Below, piece after piece: positions 35,566 through 48,020 of a stretch of DNA of 64,000 bases. Each line of letters begins with the position of its first letter. The first letter of the stretch is position 1. The notes beneath the pieces were generated by a model. The model had not been told where the DNA came from. It saw only the letters and a program-made list of their open reading frames with translations, and did not search any database. Source of the stretch: Candidatus Uhrbacteria bacterium (GTDB taxonomy: Bacteria; Patescibacteriota; Patescibacteriia; UBA9934); the NCBI GenBank assembly GCA_903827265.1, contig CAIKHN010000009.1:151-64150 (forward strand). The letters run 5' to 3'. Made by a program: the position numbers and the translations under genes.

Positions 35566-36216
35566 ATGCTCTACGTCGTCGCAACACCAATCGGGAATCT
35601 CGGCGATGTCACCGAACGAGCAAAGGAGGTTTTTGCGAGTGTTGACATTGTGCTCTGCGAAGACACGCGGGTGACAAGCAAGCTCATGTCGCATCTGCAA
35701 GTACGGCCGACGTTGATGGCGTTTCATGAGCATACGGATCAGCTCGCACGAAAAAAGATTGTCGATCAGTTAGTTTCCGGAATCGACATGGCCATTGTGA
35801 CGGATGCCGGCACGCCATGTATTTCTGATCCTGGCGGTTTTCTTGTGGCTGACGCGGTTGCAGCCGGAGTAAAGGTTTCTCCGATTCCTGGAGCAAGTGC
35901 GGCAATTGCAGCATTGTCGATTGCGGGCATCGCGCTCGATCGTTTCACGTTCGTCGGATTTCCGCCAAACAAAAAAGGACGCGAGAAGTTCTTCCGCGAG
36001 ATTGGCGAAATCAATCATGCCGTCGTGATGTACGAATCGACGCACCGCATCGAGAAAACACTCGAGGCGATGAAGGGACTGAATCGCAAATTGATTGTTT
36101 GTCGAGAACTGACAAAGATTCATGAGACAATATATCGCGGTACCGCAGAATCGATTCTCGCTGATCTTGAAAAAACGAGCACAAGAGGAGAATTTGTCAT
36201 TGTTGTTGATCGATAA
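35566..36216 (+). CDS. rsmI: 16S rRNA (cytidine1402-2'-O)-methyltransferase RsmI
   Basis: MLYVVATPIGNLGD… tetrapyrrole-methylase fold signature. Confidence 0.85.
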   Translation: MLYVVATPIGNLGDVTERAKEVFASVDIVLCEDTRVTSKLMSHLQVRPTLMAFHEHTDQLARKKIVDQLVSGIDMAIVTDAGTPCISDPGGFLVADAVAAGVKVSPIPGASAAIAALSIAGIALDRFTFVGFPPNKKGREKFFREIGEINHAVVMYESTHRIEKTLEAMKGLNRKLIVCRELTKIHETIYRGTAESILADLEKTSTRGEFVIVVDR

Positions 36217-36222
36217 TTTTCT

Positions 36223-37653
36223 ATGAAGACATACTCGATTACCACCACGCTGCCATACGTGAACGCTGATCCACACATTGGATTTGCGCTCGAGATTGTG
36301 CAGGCCGACATGTTGGCGCGATACCATCGTTCGAAGGGCGATGACGTTGTGTTTAACACGGGAACTGATGAGCACGGCCAGAAGATTTATCAGAAGGCGA
36401 TTGAGGCCGGGCTTGATCCGAAGACGTATTGTGATGAATACGCTGCGAAGTTCGATGGTTTGAAGTCAGCATTGAATTTGAGCTACACGCATTTTGTTCG
36501 CACTACCGACGAACATCACATTGCGGCAGCACAAGAATTCTGGAAGCGATGTGATGCAAACGGCGACATTTATAAGAAACAGTATTCGATTAAGTATTGC
36601 GTTGGCTGCGAACTCGAGAAGACTGATTCCGAGCTTGTGGAAGGCCGTTGCCCAATTCATCCGAATCGCGATCTTGATCTTATTGAGGAAGAGAACTATT
36701 TCTTCGCATTCTCGAAGTATCAGCAGAAACTTCTTGATCTCTATCGTGAGCGTCCAGATTTTGTGATGCCACAAGCACGCATGAACGAGATTCGAACGTT
36801 TGTTGAAGGAGGTTTGAATGATTTCAGTATCTCGCGCTTGAAATCGAAAATGCCGTGGGGTGTTTCTGTTCCCGGCGATGACGATCAAGTGATGTACGTG
36901 TGGTTCGATGCGTTGGTAAATTATATTTCAACACTCGGTTGGCCAACGGAAGGATCATTGTTTGATTCGGCCTGGCCAAGCGTGCAGGTGGCGGGGAAGG
37001 ACAACCTTCGCCAGCAAACCGCAATGTGGCAGGCGATGTTGATGTCGGTCGGAATTGAACCGTCAAAGCAAGTGTTCATTCACGGCTACGTGACGGCTGA
37101 CGGTCAGAAGATGAGTAAGTCCATCGGGAACGTGATCAACCCGTATGATCTCGTGAATGAATACGGAACCGATGCAACACGTCTCTACTTGCTTGGCGGC
37201 ATGCCATCGTGGCAAGACGGAGATTATTCCAAGGAGCAATTCGAAATCCTTTTCGCGACGAAACTCGCGAACGGGCTCGGTAACCTCGTCAGCCGTGTTG
37301 CAGCAATGTGCGCAAAGAGTTTTCCGGAAGGGATTGATCGGGTTGTATATGAAGGAAATACTGCAGCGCTCGCAGAAGCTATTAGCGAATATGATTTCCG
37401 AAAGTATGTGGACCTCGTTTGGGATGTTGTTGATAAGGCGAACGTAAAGATTGGAACCGAAGAACCGTTTAAACTTGTGAAAGTCGATGTTGCGGCTGCG
37501 AAGAAGTCGTTGTCAGAACTCGCGGGAATGATTCGATGGATTGGTGTTGCTCTTGAGCCAGTTATTCCTACAACGGCCGCGGAAATTCTGCGACGATACG
37601 AAAGTGATATTCTTGTTGCTGGGGAACCGTTGTTCCCACGAAGAGATCGCTAA
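36223..37653 (+). CDS. metG: Methionyl-tRNA synthetase (short form)
   Basis: HIGH-class motifs (PYVNADPHIGF; KMSKSIGN) and Cys knuckles. Confidence 0.9.
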   Translation: MKTYSITTTLPYVNADPHIGFALEIVQADMLARYHRSKGDDVVFNTGTDEHGQKIYQKAIEAGLDPKTYCDEYAAKFDGLKSALNLSYTHFVRTTDEHHIAAAQEFWKRCDANGDIYKKQYSIKYCVGCELEKTDSELVEGRCPIHPNRDLDLIEEENYFFAFSKYQQKLLDLYRERPDFVMPQARMNEIRTFVEGGLNDFSISRLKSKMPWGVSVPGDDDQVMYVWFDALVNYISTLGWPTEGSLFDSAWPSVQVAGKDNLRQQTAMWQAMLMSVGIEPSKQVFIHGYVTADGQKMSKSIGNVINPYDLVNEYGTDATRLYLLGGMPSWQDGDYSKEQFEILFATKLANGLGNLVSRVAAMCAKSFPEGIDRVVYEGNTAALAEAISEYDFRKYVDLVWDVVDKANVKIGTEEPFKLVKVDVAAAKKSLSELAGMIRWIGVALEPVIPTTAAEILRRYESDILVAGEPLFPRRDR

Positions 37654-37654
37654 T

Positions 37655-38134
37655 ATGAACATGGGTATTGTCGATATTTGCATTACAGTGTTTGCGCTCG
37701 TGTTAGCGCTTGCCGGTTGGCGAAGCGGATTTGTTCGTTCCGTCGGAGGTTTGCTTGCGCTTATCGCGAGCATTGTCGCGTCATTTTATGGTATGAGTTG
37801 GTTGCACGAGACGTACGGATTGTCGTTCGTGGAACATCCGTGGCTTACGATTCTTGCATTTCTTCTGTTGACGTTTGTTGTGGGTAAAATCGCGCAATAT
37901 ATCGTTGAGACACTGGATTTGGTTCGGAGAATCCTCTCGATTATTCCATTTGTGAATTTGTTGAATAACCTTTTAGGTGCAGCATTTGGCGTCGCGCAAG
38001 CTGCGGCAGCTGTTGCGGTGCTGGCGTATGTAACCGTCACGCTTATTCCTCTTGGAGATTTGCGAACATCGCTTCTCTCGTCCGTCGCCGTTGGCCGTGC
38101 AGTCGATATCGAAAGTAATGCGGGGCTCCTCTAG
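37655..38134 (+). CDS. CvpA-family membrane protein
   Basis: Four-TM colicin-V-production-protein-like sequence. The start is trimmed from track ORF 37541..38134. Confidence 0.6.
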   Translation: MNMGIVDICITVFALVLALAGWRSGFVRSVGGLLALIASIVASFYGMSWLHETYGLSFVEHPWLTILAFLLLTFVVGKIAQYIVETLDLVRRILSIIPFVNLLNNLLGAAFGVAQAAAAVAVLAYVTVTLIPLGDLRTSLLSSVAVGRAVDIESNAGLL

Positions 38135-38570
38135 GACTAAGACTCTCCCCTTTCCAAGGGGAGTAGGAGGGGTTGGAGCTACAGGACTTGAATCTGATTC
38201 TTTGAAAAGTTGGGTCGGGAATCGGAAACTGATTCATCCGGGTTGGCTATCCTCATTTTGTGGAGCACATGTCGTTTTTTGACCCTTTTAAACTTCACAC
38301 CACGTTGCGATATGAATCGAAAATCTGAAAATTTCGAAATCAGTTTCAATTAAGTATTGAATATTGGTCGTATTGGTCCAACACGACCTGTGCGTCCACG
38401 CAATAATTAACCACCGTTTCCTTAATGCAAATGAGTTGCGTTAACGAAACACACAGTTTCAAATCGAACACCCCTACTCCCGACACGTCGTTCGCGAACG
38501 ACGTGTCCCGACAAGAGTTTTCCGTTCCCCCCAAAACTATCAAAGAATCAGTTTCATTCTCAGTTCATAT
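38135..38570 (+). repeat. Copy 2 of the intergenic repeat element. Module X (38146..38210) and the tail are direct relative to copy 1. The interior between ctgattctttg (38194..38204) and caaagaatcag (38541..38551) is reverse-complemented relative to copy 1. It also contains the R2 palindrome at 38483..38506.
   Basis: Direct sequence comparison with 17690..18090. Confidence 0.65.
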
Positions 38571-38573
38571 CCT

Positions 38574-39434
38574 ATGGAATTCATCGACTCCCACGCGCAT
38601 CTCCATTTTCCTGCATTTAGCGCCGATGGTGCCGAGGTTTTGCAACGAGCTCGCGATAACGGTATCTCGCTGATCACTGTCGGGACGAAATTCGCGACGA
38701 GCGCATCGGGAATTGATTTCGCAGAAAAGTACGACGGTGTGTGGTGCACGATTGGCCTACATCCAGGGCACGTACATGATCACAATTTCGTGGACGAAAA
38801 CGAGGAAACGCACGACAGGCCGACGCCTGAGAGGGAATTCGATGAAGCGCGGTACGAAACACTCGTGAGCCATCCGAAGGTCGTCGCGATCGGCGAATTC
38901 GGTCTCGATTACTCCCGCATTCCGGAGGGCATAGACGTTGAAGAATTCAAGAACGATCAACGGAATGTTGCGCGTCAACAACTGCGGTTCGCAACGAAGC
39001 ACAACAAACCTGTCGTTATCCATTGCCGTGGCGGCGCGACGGCCGATGTTACCGGCGCTCATGATGACATGCGTTCCCTCATCGCTGAGGAGATCAGCAA
39101 AGGAGGAATCGAACGTAGGGGAGTGATTCATTGTTTTACCGGTACGATCGACGACGCGGCGAAATACGCTGAGCTCGGATTCTTGATTTCGATTACCGGA
39201 ATCGTGACTTTTGGAAAGTCCGTTGCATCTGCCGTGAAAGAGATCCCGTTGGCGCAGATGATGATCGAAACCGACTGTCCGTACCTTTCTCCTGTTCCGT
39301 TCCGAGGCAAACGGAACGAGCCGGCAAATGTCGCCCTCGTCGCGCAAACTATCGCAGACCTGAAGGGCGTGAGTTTGGAAGAGGTGGCGAGAGTCACTTC
39401 TGCGAACGCTATAACACTTTTCCGCTTATCTTAG
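38574..39434 (+). CDS. TatD-family metal-dependent hydrolase/DNase
   Basis: MEFIDSHAHLHF… His and Glu metal ligands throughout. Confidence 0.85.
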   Translation: MEFIDSHAHLHFPAFSADGAEVLQRARDNGISLITVGTKFATSASGIDFAEKYDGVWCTIGLHPGHVHDHNFVDENEETHDRPTPEREFDEARYETLVSHPKVVAIGEFGLDYSRIPEGIDVEEFKNDQRNVARQQLRFATKHNKPVVIHCRGGATADVTGAHDDMRSLIAEEISKGGIERRGVIHCFTGTIDDAAKYAELGFLISITGIVTFGKSVASAVKEIPLAQMMIETDCPYLSPVPFRGKRNEPANVALVAQTIADLKGVSLEEVARVTSANAITLFRLS

Positions 39435-39504
39435 CCATTCATACGCGCTTCCCCAGCGCAGTGCTTTTAATCTTTATTCGTGTGGGGTATACTCATGCCG
39501 CTTT

Positions 39505-39744
39505 ATGGACGATTTTCGGTCATCAATGCGATTCGCATTGCGCGCGATGGCGGATATCACAGGAACAACCCTTGTCCCAGCATTCGTTGCGGCAATCGTC
39601 GGGAAGTTCCTTGATGCACGCTATGGTACGGGCCGAATTCTGTTCGCGGTGCTGCTTTCGCTGACATTCCTTGGCACCGCGTTCATTCTTGTGAAAAAAG
39701 TTCGGGAGTATGCAAAAGAGTATCAAAAACTCATCGCCCATTAA
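39505..39744 (+). CDS. AtpZ/AtpI-like small membrane protein preceding atpB
   Basis: Two-TM small protein at the head of the atp operon. Confidence 0.4.
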   Translation: MDDFRSSMRFALRAMADITGTTLVPAFVAAIVGKFLDARYGTGRILFAVLLSLTFLGTAFILVKKVREYAKEYQKLIAH

Positions 39745-40552
39745 CCTCGCGCTTGTTCCGCTTGCTGCGGAACCTATCGCGCACCTTGGCGCATTCCCAA
39801 TCACCAATACCATGGTGAACGCGTGGATTGTGACGGCATTTTTTGTGCTGGTCGCATTCATTGCTACGCGCCGTAAAACCGGCGTACCCCGCGGCATTCA
39901 TAATGCTCTCGAGGCGATTATTGATGTGCTTTCGTCGGAGATTGAAAAGATTGCCGGGAGCCGCAAGCTCGCGCGTCAGTTTTTCCCTTTGATTGCGACA
40001 ATTTTCTTTGTTGTTCTTGCAAACAACTGGCTTGGATTGATTCCTGGCACCGGAACTGTTGGTGTTTATGGAATAATGCACGGTGAAACGGAACTCATTC
40101 CACTCCTTCGTTCTGCGGGAAGCGATTTAAACTTTACGCTTGCGATTGCGGTTGTCGCAGTGGTGTTTTCACACTTTGCGGGCGTTCGTGCGGTTGGCGT
40201 TGTTGATTACTTCAGTAAGTTCGTGAACATTAAAGGAATCTTCAAGGCTATCAAGCACGGCCCGATGGCCATCGTTACTGCGATTATTGAGTTTGGCGTT
40301 GGGCTTATCGAAATTATTGGTGAAGTTGCAAAAACACTCTCCCTGTCACTTCGTTTGTTCGGAAACGTTTTCGCGGGTGAAATTTTGATGACAGTTATGC
40401 TTGGGTTGGCATCGTACGTTGTACCGATTCCATTCATGTTCTTGGAAATTCTCGTTGGCGTTGTGCAAGCAACGGTGTTTGCCATGCTCACATTGGTGTA
40501 TCTCGTCATCGCAACAACGCCTCACGGCGGACATGATGATCATCATGCATAA
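39710..40552 (+). CDS. atpB: F0F1 ATP synthase subunit a
   Basis: Conserved Arg in the …LSLSLRLFGNVFAGE… helix. Confidence 0.85.
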   Translation: MQKSIKNSSPINLALVPLAAEPIAHLGAFPITNTMVNAWIVTAFFVLVAFIATRRKTGVPRGIHNALEAIIDVLSSEIEKIAGSRKLARQFFPLIATIFFVVLANNWLGLIPGTGTVGVYGIMHGETELIPLLRSAGSDLNFTLAIAVVAVVFSHFAGVRAVGVVDYFSKFVNIKGIFKAIKHGPMAIVTAIIEFGVGLIEIIGEVAKTLSLSLRLFGNVFAGEILMTVMLGLASYVVPIPFMFLEILVGVVQATVFAMLTLVYLVIATTPHGGHDDHHA

Positions 40553-40620
40553 TTTCGGCATCGTGAGCGAAGGCGATGCGGCGAGGCTCTCGTCGGATCA
40601 CTCTCATTCATGATTCATAA

Positions 40621-40848
<228 letters not shown>

Positions 40849-40923
40849 GTGATGTCGTTACACGCTAGGGGATTCGAGTCTATCGAACCTCTGCGCGTTA
40901 TGAGATCGATTTGATGAACTTCT

Positions 40924-41475
40924 ATGCCAGCAGAAAACGAAACAACAACAGCAACAACATCCGAACAGGCTGAAGTGCCAACCGGTATTCTTGGAACCTT
41001 CGGTATCCGTGGTGATTTGTTTGCAGCACAACTCGTGAACTTTTTGTTGGTACTCGTGGTGTTGTGGCGTTTCGTCTACAAGCCAATTCTTGCAATGCTC
41101 GACAAACGTGAGGCTGCGATTGCACAAAGTGTCAAAGATGTTGAGGAGATTTCTGCACGCATGAAGGTGACGGAAGCAGAGCGTCAAGCAACACTCGCGT
41201 CCGTTACAAAGGAAGCGCAGTCTATTATTGAAAGCGCGATGCGTGAAACCGATGCGCGAAAAAACGAAATGCTCGAAGCGGCAAAGCGTGAAGTTGAGCG
41301 CGTGATTGCGAAAGGAAAAGAACAGCTCGCCGCAGAACGTGAAGCATCACTGATGGCGCTTCGAAAAGATGTCGTCGATATCGCGGTTCGTGCCGCAGCT
41401 AAAATTGTTACCGAAGGTTTGACGGAGAAGAAATCACAGTCGCTTGCTGAAGAGGTTGTGCGAAAGATGACGTAA
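40924..41475 (+). CDS. atpF: F0F1 ATP synthase subunit b
   Basis: Single TM plus long charged helix. Confidence 0.8.
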   Translation: MPAENETTTATTSEQAEVPTGILGTFGIRGDLFAAQLVNFLLVLVVLWRFVYKPILAMLDKREAAIAQSVKDVEEISARMKVTEAERQATLASVTKEAQSIIESAMRETDARKNEMLEAAKREVERVIAKGKEQLAAEREASLMALRKDVVDIAVRAAAKIVTEGLTEKKSQSLAEEVVRKMT

Positions 41476-41476
41476 T

Positions 41477-41872
41477 ATGCCAAAACTTACTCCACGCCAT
41501 CTTGCCACCGTGCTCGTCGACGAATGTGTCGACGTCACGCGCGCAGAGCTGGTGAAAATTATCGATGCCTTCGTGGGCGAACTCGCCGCACGAGGCATGA
41601 TGCACAAATGGCGCGACGTCGAACGAGAAATTCACGGAGCCTGGAAGCGAAAGTTTGGCGCCGCGAACGTCACCGTCGTTTCTGCACATCCCCTGACCGT
41701 GGCGATGAGAAAAGCGATCGAGGCAAATGCGCCAGGCGCTGACATTACGGAGCGCATCGACGAACGGTTAATGGGTGGGGCAGTGATCCGTATCGACGAC
41801 CGACGCATCGACGCAAGTGTGGCAGGGATCCTTCAACGTTTGAAACAGTCTCTTGATAGCGCAGCATCTTGA
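41477..41872 (+). CDS. atpH: F0F1 ATP synthase subunit delta (short, 131 aa)
   Basis: Operon position. OSCP-like C-terminus (GGAVIRIDDRRIDASV). Confidence 0.65.
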   Translation: MPKLTPRHLATVLVDECVDVTRAELVKIIDAFVGELAARGMMHKWRDVEREIHGAWKRKFGAANVTVVSAHPLTVAMRKAIEANAPGADITERIDERLMGGAVIRIDDRRIDASVAGILQRLKQSLDSAAS

Positions 41873-41882
41873 ACCCAAATCT

Positions 41883-43391
41883 ATGGCAACCAAAAAAGCA
41901 GACATCATTGCAGTCCTCCGCGAACGCATCGACGAGTTTAAAGTTGAAGCACACGAAGAGCGTGTTGGTACCGTCATGAGCGTATCCGACGGCGTCGCTC
42001 GCTTGTCTGGCCTCGGCAACGCAATGAGCCAGGAAATGATCGACTTCGGCAATGGCGTCTTTGGCGTGGCGTTGAACCTTGAAGAGGAAACCATCGGTGT
42101 CATTATTCTTGGCGATGCAACTGGCGTGAAGGCTGGTGACACTGCGCGAAGCACTGGTCGAATTCTCTCTATTCCTGTTGGTGAAGAAACTGTTGGTCGT
42201 ATTCTCGATCCACTCGGGAACGCTCTCGATGGTAAAGGCGCGCTTTCCACAAAAACACTTGCTCCGGTTGAGAAAGTGGCACCAGGTGTCATGACACGCA
42301 AATCAGTTTCCGTTCCAATGCACACCGGAATTAAAGCAATCGATGCGCTTATTCCTGTTGGCCGTGGTCAGCGCGAGCTTATTATTGGCGATCGTCAAAC
42401 CGGAAAGACTGCCATCGCTATCGACACAATTCTTAACCAGAAAGGCGAGAACGTAAAATGTATTTACGTTGCGATTGGACAGAAGGAATCGAAGGTTGCG
42501 CAAATCATGGCGCGCTTTGAGGCTGCCGGAGCAATGGAATACACAACGATTGTTCTTGCTGGCGCATCTGATCCTGCCGCAATGCAGTACCTCGCGCCAT
42601 ACGCAGGATGCGCGATTGCCGAATACTTCATGGCAAAGGGTGAGGATGTACTTATCGTGTACGATGATTTGAGTAAGCACGCTTGGGCATACCGCGAAAT
42701 TTCCTTGTTGCTCCGCCGTCCACCAGGACGCGAGGCATACCCTGGTGACGTCTTCTATTTGCACTCCCGTTTGCTCGAGCGTTCTGCTCGTTTGAACGAG
42801 GAACACGGTGGAGGAAGCATCACTGCACTTCCAATTATTGAAACGCAGGGAGGCGACGTGTCTGCATATATCCCAACAAACGTTATTTCCATTACCGATG
42901 GACAAATTTACCTCGAATCTGATTTGTTCTACCGCGGTCAGCGCCCAGCACTCAACGTCGGTCTGTCGGTTTCGCGCGTGGGATCATCTGCTCAAACAAA
43001 GGCAATGAAGAACGTCGCAAAGACACTGAAAGTGGACCTTGCGCAGTTCCGTGAGCTCGAAGCATTCGCGCAGTTCGCTTCTGATCTTGACGAAGCAACC
43101 AAGAAGCAGATTGAACGCGGTCGTCGCGCAATGGAACTCATGAAGCAGAAACAATACTCGCCGCTGTCGTTTGCAAAGCAAGCGATCGTCATTTTTGCGC
43201 TGAACAACGGCATGCTCGACGCATTGCCAGTAACGGCGATGCAAAAGTTTGAGGAAGAATGTTTGCGATACTTTGAATCGAGTGGCGCGTCAGTGCTCAA
43301 GGCGATTCTTGAGGCTCGCGATGTCTCTGGTGACGTCAAGGCAAACCTCGAATCTGAACTGAAGAAATTCCTTTCAACGTTCACCGCTTAA
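41883..43391 (+). CDS. atpA: F0F1 ATP synthase subunit alpha
   Basis: GDRQTGKT P-loop; very high conservation. Confidence 0.95.
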   Translation: MATKKADIIAVLRERIDEFKVEAHEERVGTVMSVSDGVARLSGLGNAMSQEMIDFGNGVFGVALNLEEETIGVIILGDATGVKAGDTARSTGRILSIPVGEETVGRILDPLGNALDGKGALSTKTLAPVEKVAPGVMTRKSVSVPMHTGIKAIDALIPVGRGQRELIIGDRQTGKTAIAIDTILNQKGENVKCIYVAIGQKESKVAQIMARFEAAGAMEYTTIVLAGASDPAAMQYLAPYAGCAIAEYFMAKGEDVLIVYDDLSKHAWAYREISLLLRRPPGREAYPGDVFYLHSRLLERSARLNEEHGGGSITALPIIETQGGDVSAYIPTNVISITDGQIYLESDLFYRGQRPALNVGLSVSRVGSSAQTKAMKNVAKTLKVDLAQFRELEAFAQFASDLDEATKKQIERGRRAMELMKQKQYSPLSFAKQAIVIFALNNGMLDALPVTAMQKFEEECLRYFESSGASVLKAILEARDVSGDVKANLESELKKFLSTFTA

Positions 43392-43392
43392 T

Positions 43393-45652
<2,260 letters not shown>

Positions 45653-45822
45653 CGAACGAATCAAAGGGTCTCGTATCGCTCGCTGGTGACTCGGGTACAT
45701 GTTTCTTCACTCGCCGCAACGATCGTCACGCCACGACGTCTCGCTCTGCTCGACTGTGGCTGGACGACTGTGCGGTTCGTTGCGAAACATATACCCTCGT
45801 CACTGGCGCTCGCGCCATCCCT

Positions 45823-46263
45823 ATGCTTAAACTCAAATACCAAATCGTTACTCCAGAACGCGTCGTCCAAGAAGGCGAGGCGGATTCGATTTCGGTCATG
45901 ACTAGTCAGGGAGAAATCACCGTCCTTCCGCATCACGTGCCGCTGTTAGCGCTCATGAAGGCTGGTGAGATGCGTGTTATGAACGGCGGACAAGAATTAT
46001 TGTTCGCGACGTCGACCGGGCTTTTCGAAGTTCGAGATGGATCGTCGGTTGTTGTGCTGGCGGATACCGCGGAACGGAGTGAGGAACTCGAGCTTGCCGC
46101 GATCGAAACCGCGAAAAAGCAGGCTGAGGAGAATCTCAAAAACATACGGAACTCGAACGATGTTGGTTTCGTCGACGCCGCAGCTCACCTCGAGCGCGAG
46201 CTTGCTCGGTACCGTGTAGCTCTAAAGAAAGGGAAGGCGAAATATCACCGAACCGAAGCATAA
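45823..46263 (+). CDS. atpC: F0F1 ATP synthase subunit epsilon
   Basis: Beta-sandwich plus C-terminal helices. The gene is separated from atpD by an unusual 170-nt GC-rich spacer. Confidence 0.85.
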   Translation: MLKLKYQIVTPERVVQEGEADSISVMTSQGEITVLPHHVPLLALMKAGEMRVMNGGQELLFATSTGLFEVRDGSSVVVLADTAERSEELELAAIETAKKQAEENLKNIRNSNDVGFVDAAAHLERELARYRVALKKGKAKYHRTEA

Positions 46264-46292
46264 CGGGGTCAGGTCTTTACCTTTTACTTTTT
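46263..46292 (+). repeat. 30-bp repeat R3, copy a (acggggtcaggtctttaccttttacttttt), starting on the last base of the atpC stop codon
   Basis: Identical to copy c. Reverse-complement copies are at 48021 and 55306. Confidence 0.8.
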
Positions 46293-46331
46293 ACACAAAA
46301 CATCTGCGTGATTGCAGATGTTTTGTGTTTA
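46293..46331 (+). terminator. atpC terminator (acacaaaacatctgc-gtgatt-gcagatgttttgtgt-ttat)
   Basis: Perfect 15-bp stem followed by a T-rich tract. Confidence 0.7.
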
Positions 46332-46372
46332 TCGTTGATATTTGCTACATTCCTCGAGCTCAAGGGGTTCCC

Positions 46373-46708
46373 ATGTCTTCGTATACGCTTCGTCTGATCC
46401 TCGTCACGTTGTCCGCCCAGAACGAAAAGGAGGAGGTTTACTTCGCGAGGTATCTCAAAGAAGGATTCCTTATCGCCGCTGAAACCAAAGAGGCCGTGTC
46501 GGCGCTGCTCGTCATTCCACGTGAGGCGTTCGAGGCGCGTCTGAAGGATGCGGTCAGTGAAGAACGCGCGTTCACGGAATCCGAGGACCGGGTTCGCGAA
46601 GTCTGGCGGGCGGTGGACAGGCTCTATTCGCCGAAGGATGGGGTCAAGATCGTCCGGTTCGAAATTGTTCAGTTCAGTATGGCAGAGACGACGGAACTTC
46701 CGCTCTGA
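46373..46708 (+). CDS. Orphan hypothetical protein (cassette gene 1). It is followed by its own terminator hairpin at 46708..46768.
   Basis: ORF. GC-rich. Downstream hairpin ccgcactc…gagtgcgg plus a T-rich tract. Confidence 0.4.
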   Translation: MSSYTLRLILVTLSAQNEKEEVYFARYLKEGFLIAAETKEAVSALLVIPREAFEARLKDAVSEERAFTESEDRVREVWRAVDRLYSPKDGVKIVRFEIVQFSMAETTELPL

Positions 46709-46849
46709 CCGCACTCTGCACCGTCCTGACGAAGGACCGCGTGCGAGTGCGGTCCTTTCGTTTTGCGACACTTGTAGAAAGGGTTTTTACGTCGCCTCAT
46801 TCTTGAACTTCCTGTAACTTCGTGGTGAAATTGTGCGCGGAGACTGACC

Positions 46850-47383
46850 ATGGAAATCAGTGGGTACCTCGGCCCCGAGGTGAAAAAAGGGGGTTTGTTG
46901 GTAACGATGGAAAAGTGCATGCTCGACATCAGCAGGATTCACCTGAATGTTCAGGCGTGTGTTCGGGAGGTGGAGTCCACGTTGGGACGCTACTGTCGAG
47001 GGGCGTCAGGACTGGCACAATACGTCGTCAATGCGCCTGTGTTCGTCGTCCGTCTCGGTGACGGCCATTCGCCGGAGCTCTTGGAACGCCTTCGACTCGT
47101 GTACGCCACCGGCAAACGGCCTTGGCCGTTCGTGGGCGTCTGGGCATCGAACGGACATGCAGTCATCGTGCTCCTTGGAGAGGGAGCCGAATCTGGTGCC
47201 TCGACCTTGACGGCGATTCGGCGGATGATGCATCTCTTCGGACGGAACGAACGTGCTTCATTCTTCACATCGCGCTCCATCGATCCAAAACTTCACGAAA
47301 CGCTCGGAATCGTGAAAGACGAAATCCAGGGGAATCGAGAAGGCGGACTTCCGGCGTTCTGGTATCAACTCATTCCGGTGTGA
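46850..47383 (+). CDS. Orphan hypothetical protein (cassette gene 2)
   Basis: ORF. GC-rich. It is followed by the 45-nt terminator repeat at 47394..47438. Confidence 0.4.
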   Translation: MEISGYLGPEVKKGGLLVTMEKCMLDISRIHLNVQACVREVESTLGRYCRGASGLAQYVVNAPVFVVRLGDGHSPELLERLRLVYATGKRPWPFVGVWASNGHAVIVLLGEGAESGASTLTAIRRMMHLFGRNERASFFTSRSIDPKLHETLGIVKDEIQGNREGGLPAFWYQLIPV

Positions 47384-47393
47384 CATCGACGAC

Positions 47394-47438
47394 AAACGGG
47401 GAGGGCTTGCGCGGCGAGCCCTCCTTTCGGTTTGCGAA
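47394..47438 (+). terminator. Terminator repeat R5 (aaacggggagggcttgcgcggcgagccctcctttcggtttgcgaa). An identical copy lies at 47967..48011.
   Basis: Two identical 45-nt copies, each following an orphan gene. GC hairpin plus T-rich tract. Confidence 0.65.
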
Positions 47439-47481
47439 GGGAAGAATCCCTGGTACTCTTTTGGTGTTCACAGAGGAATGC

Positions 47482-47961
47482 ATGACACGAGATCAAGCGA
47501 TTCGGCTCGTCATCGATGGAACTGTCGCGCTCGAAGAAGGGGCCTCAAAAATCGACATTACGCTGATTCGAAAACCGGACCATCCGGAAAAACTCGAACG
47601 CGATTACCGACAGCGCGGATGGATGGTCGCGAGGTGGAGGGAGTGTCAGATGGACGACGGTGCAGGACTGTTTCATCTTCGCCGCAAGAGTGGAGAGGAG
47701 ACTGAGGCGGAGGCGCTGTTCAATCTGTTCGAACGCGACGAGTGGTTCGACGGAAGAAAGAGGTGGGAAAACCGCGAGCTCCTTGCCGGCGGGGTCGGCG
47801 CGAATCCCGGCGAACTCACGAGTCAGCTGGATGTACTGTTCGCTTCGGTTCCCTCAGACGCTGTGAAGGGTCGGAGGGGATGGAAGGTTACGGAAATCGC
47901 AGAAACGAAGGAACACGGAACGGTGCTCGTCAAAATTCAGAGAACCGATCCAACGAAATGA
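47482..47961 (+). CDS. Orphan hypothetical protein (cassette gene 3)
   Basis: ORF trimmed from track 47122..47961. It is followed by terminator repeat R5 copy 2. Confidence 0.4.
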   Translation: MTRDQAIRLVIDGTVALEEGASKIDITLIRKPDHPEKLERDYRQRGWMVARWRECQMDDGAGLFHLRRKSGEETEAEALFNLFERDEWFDGRKRWENRELLAGGVGANPGELTSQLDVLFASVPSDAVKGRRGWKVTEIAETKEHGTVLVKIQRTDPTK

Positions 47962-48020
47962 CGGAGAAACGGGGAGGGCTTGCGCGGCGAGCCCTCCTTT
48001 CGGTTTGCGAAAAAGTAAAA

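Noticed and set aside
35770-36375. 201-aa minus-strand ORF antisense to rsmI and metG. Similar antisense ORFs are 19429..20136, 58654..59409, 48151..48636, 42303..42905 and 63540..63974.
   Set aside because: Each lies entirely within a confidently assigned gene on the opposite strand, so they are shadow ORFs.
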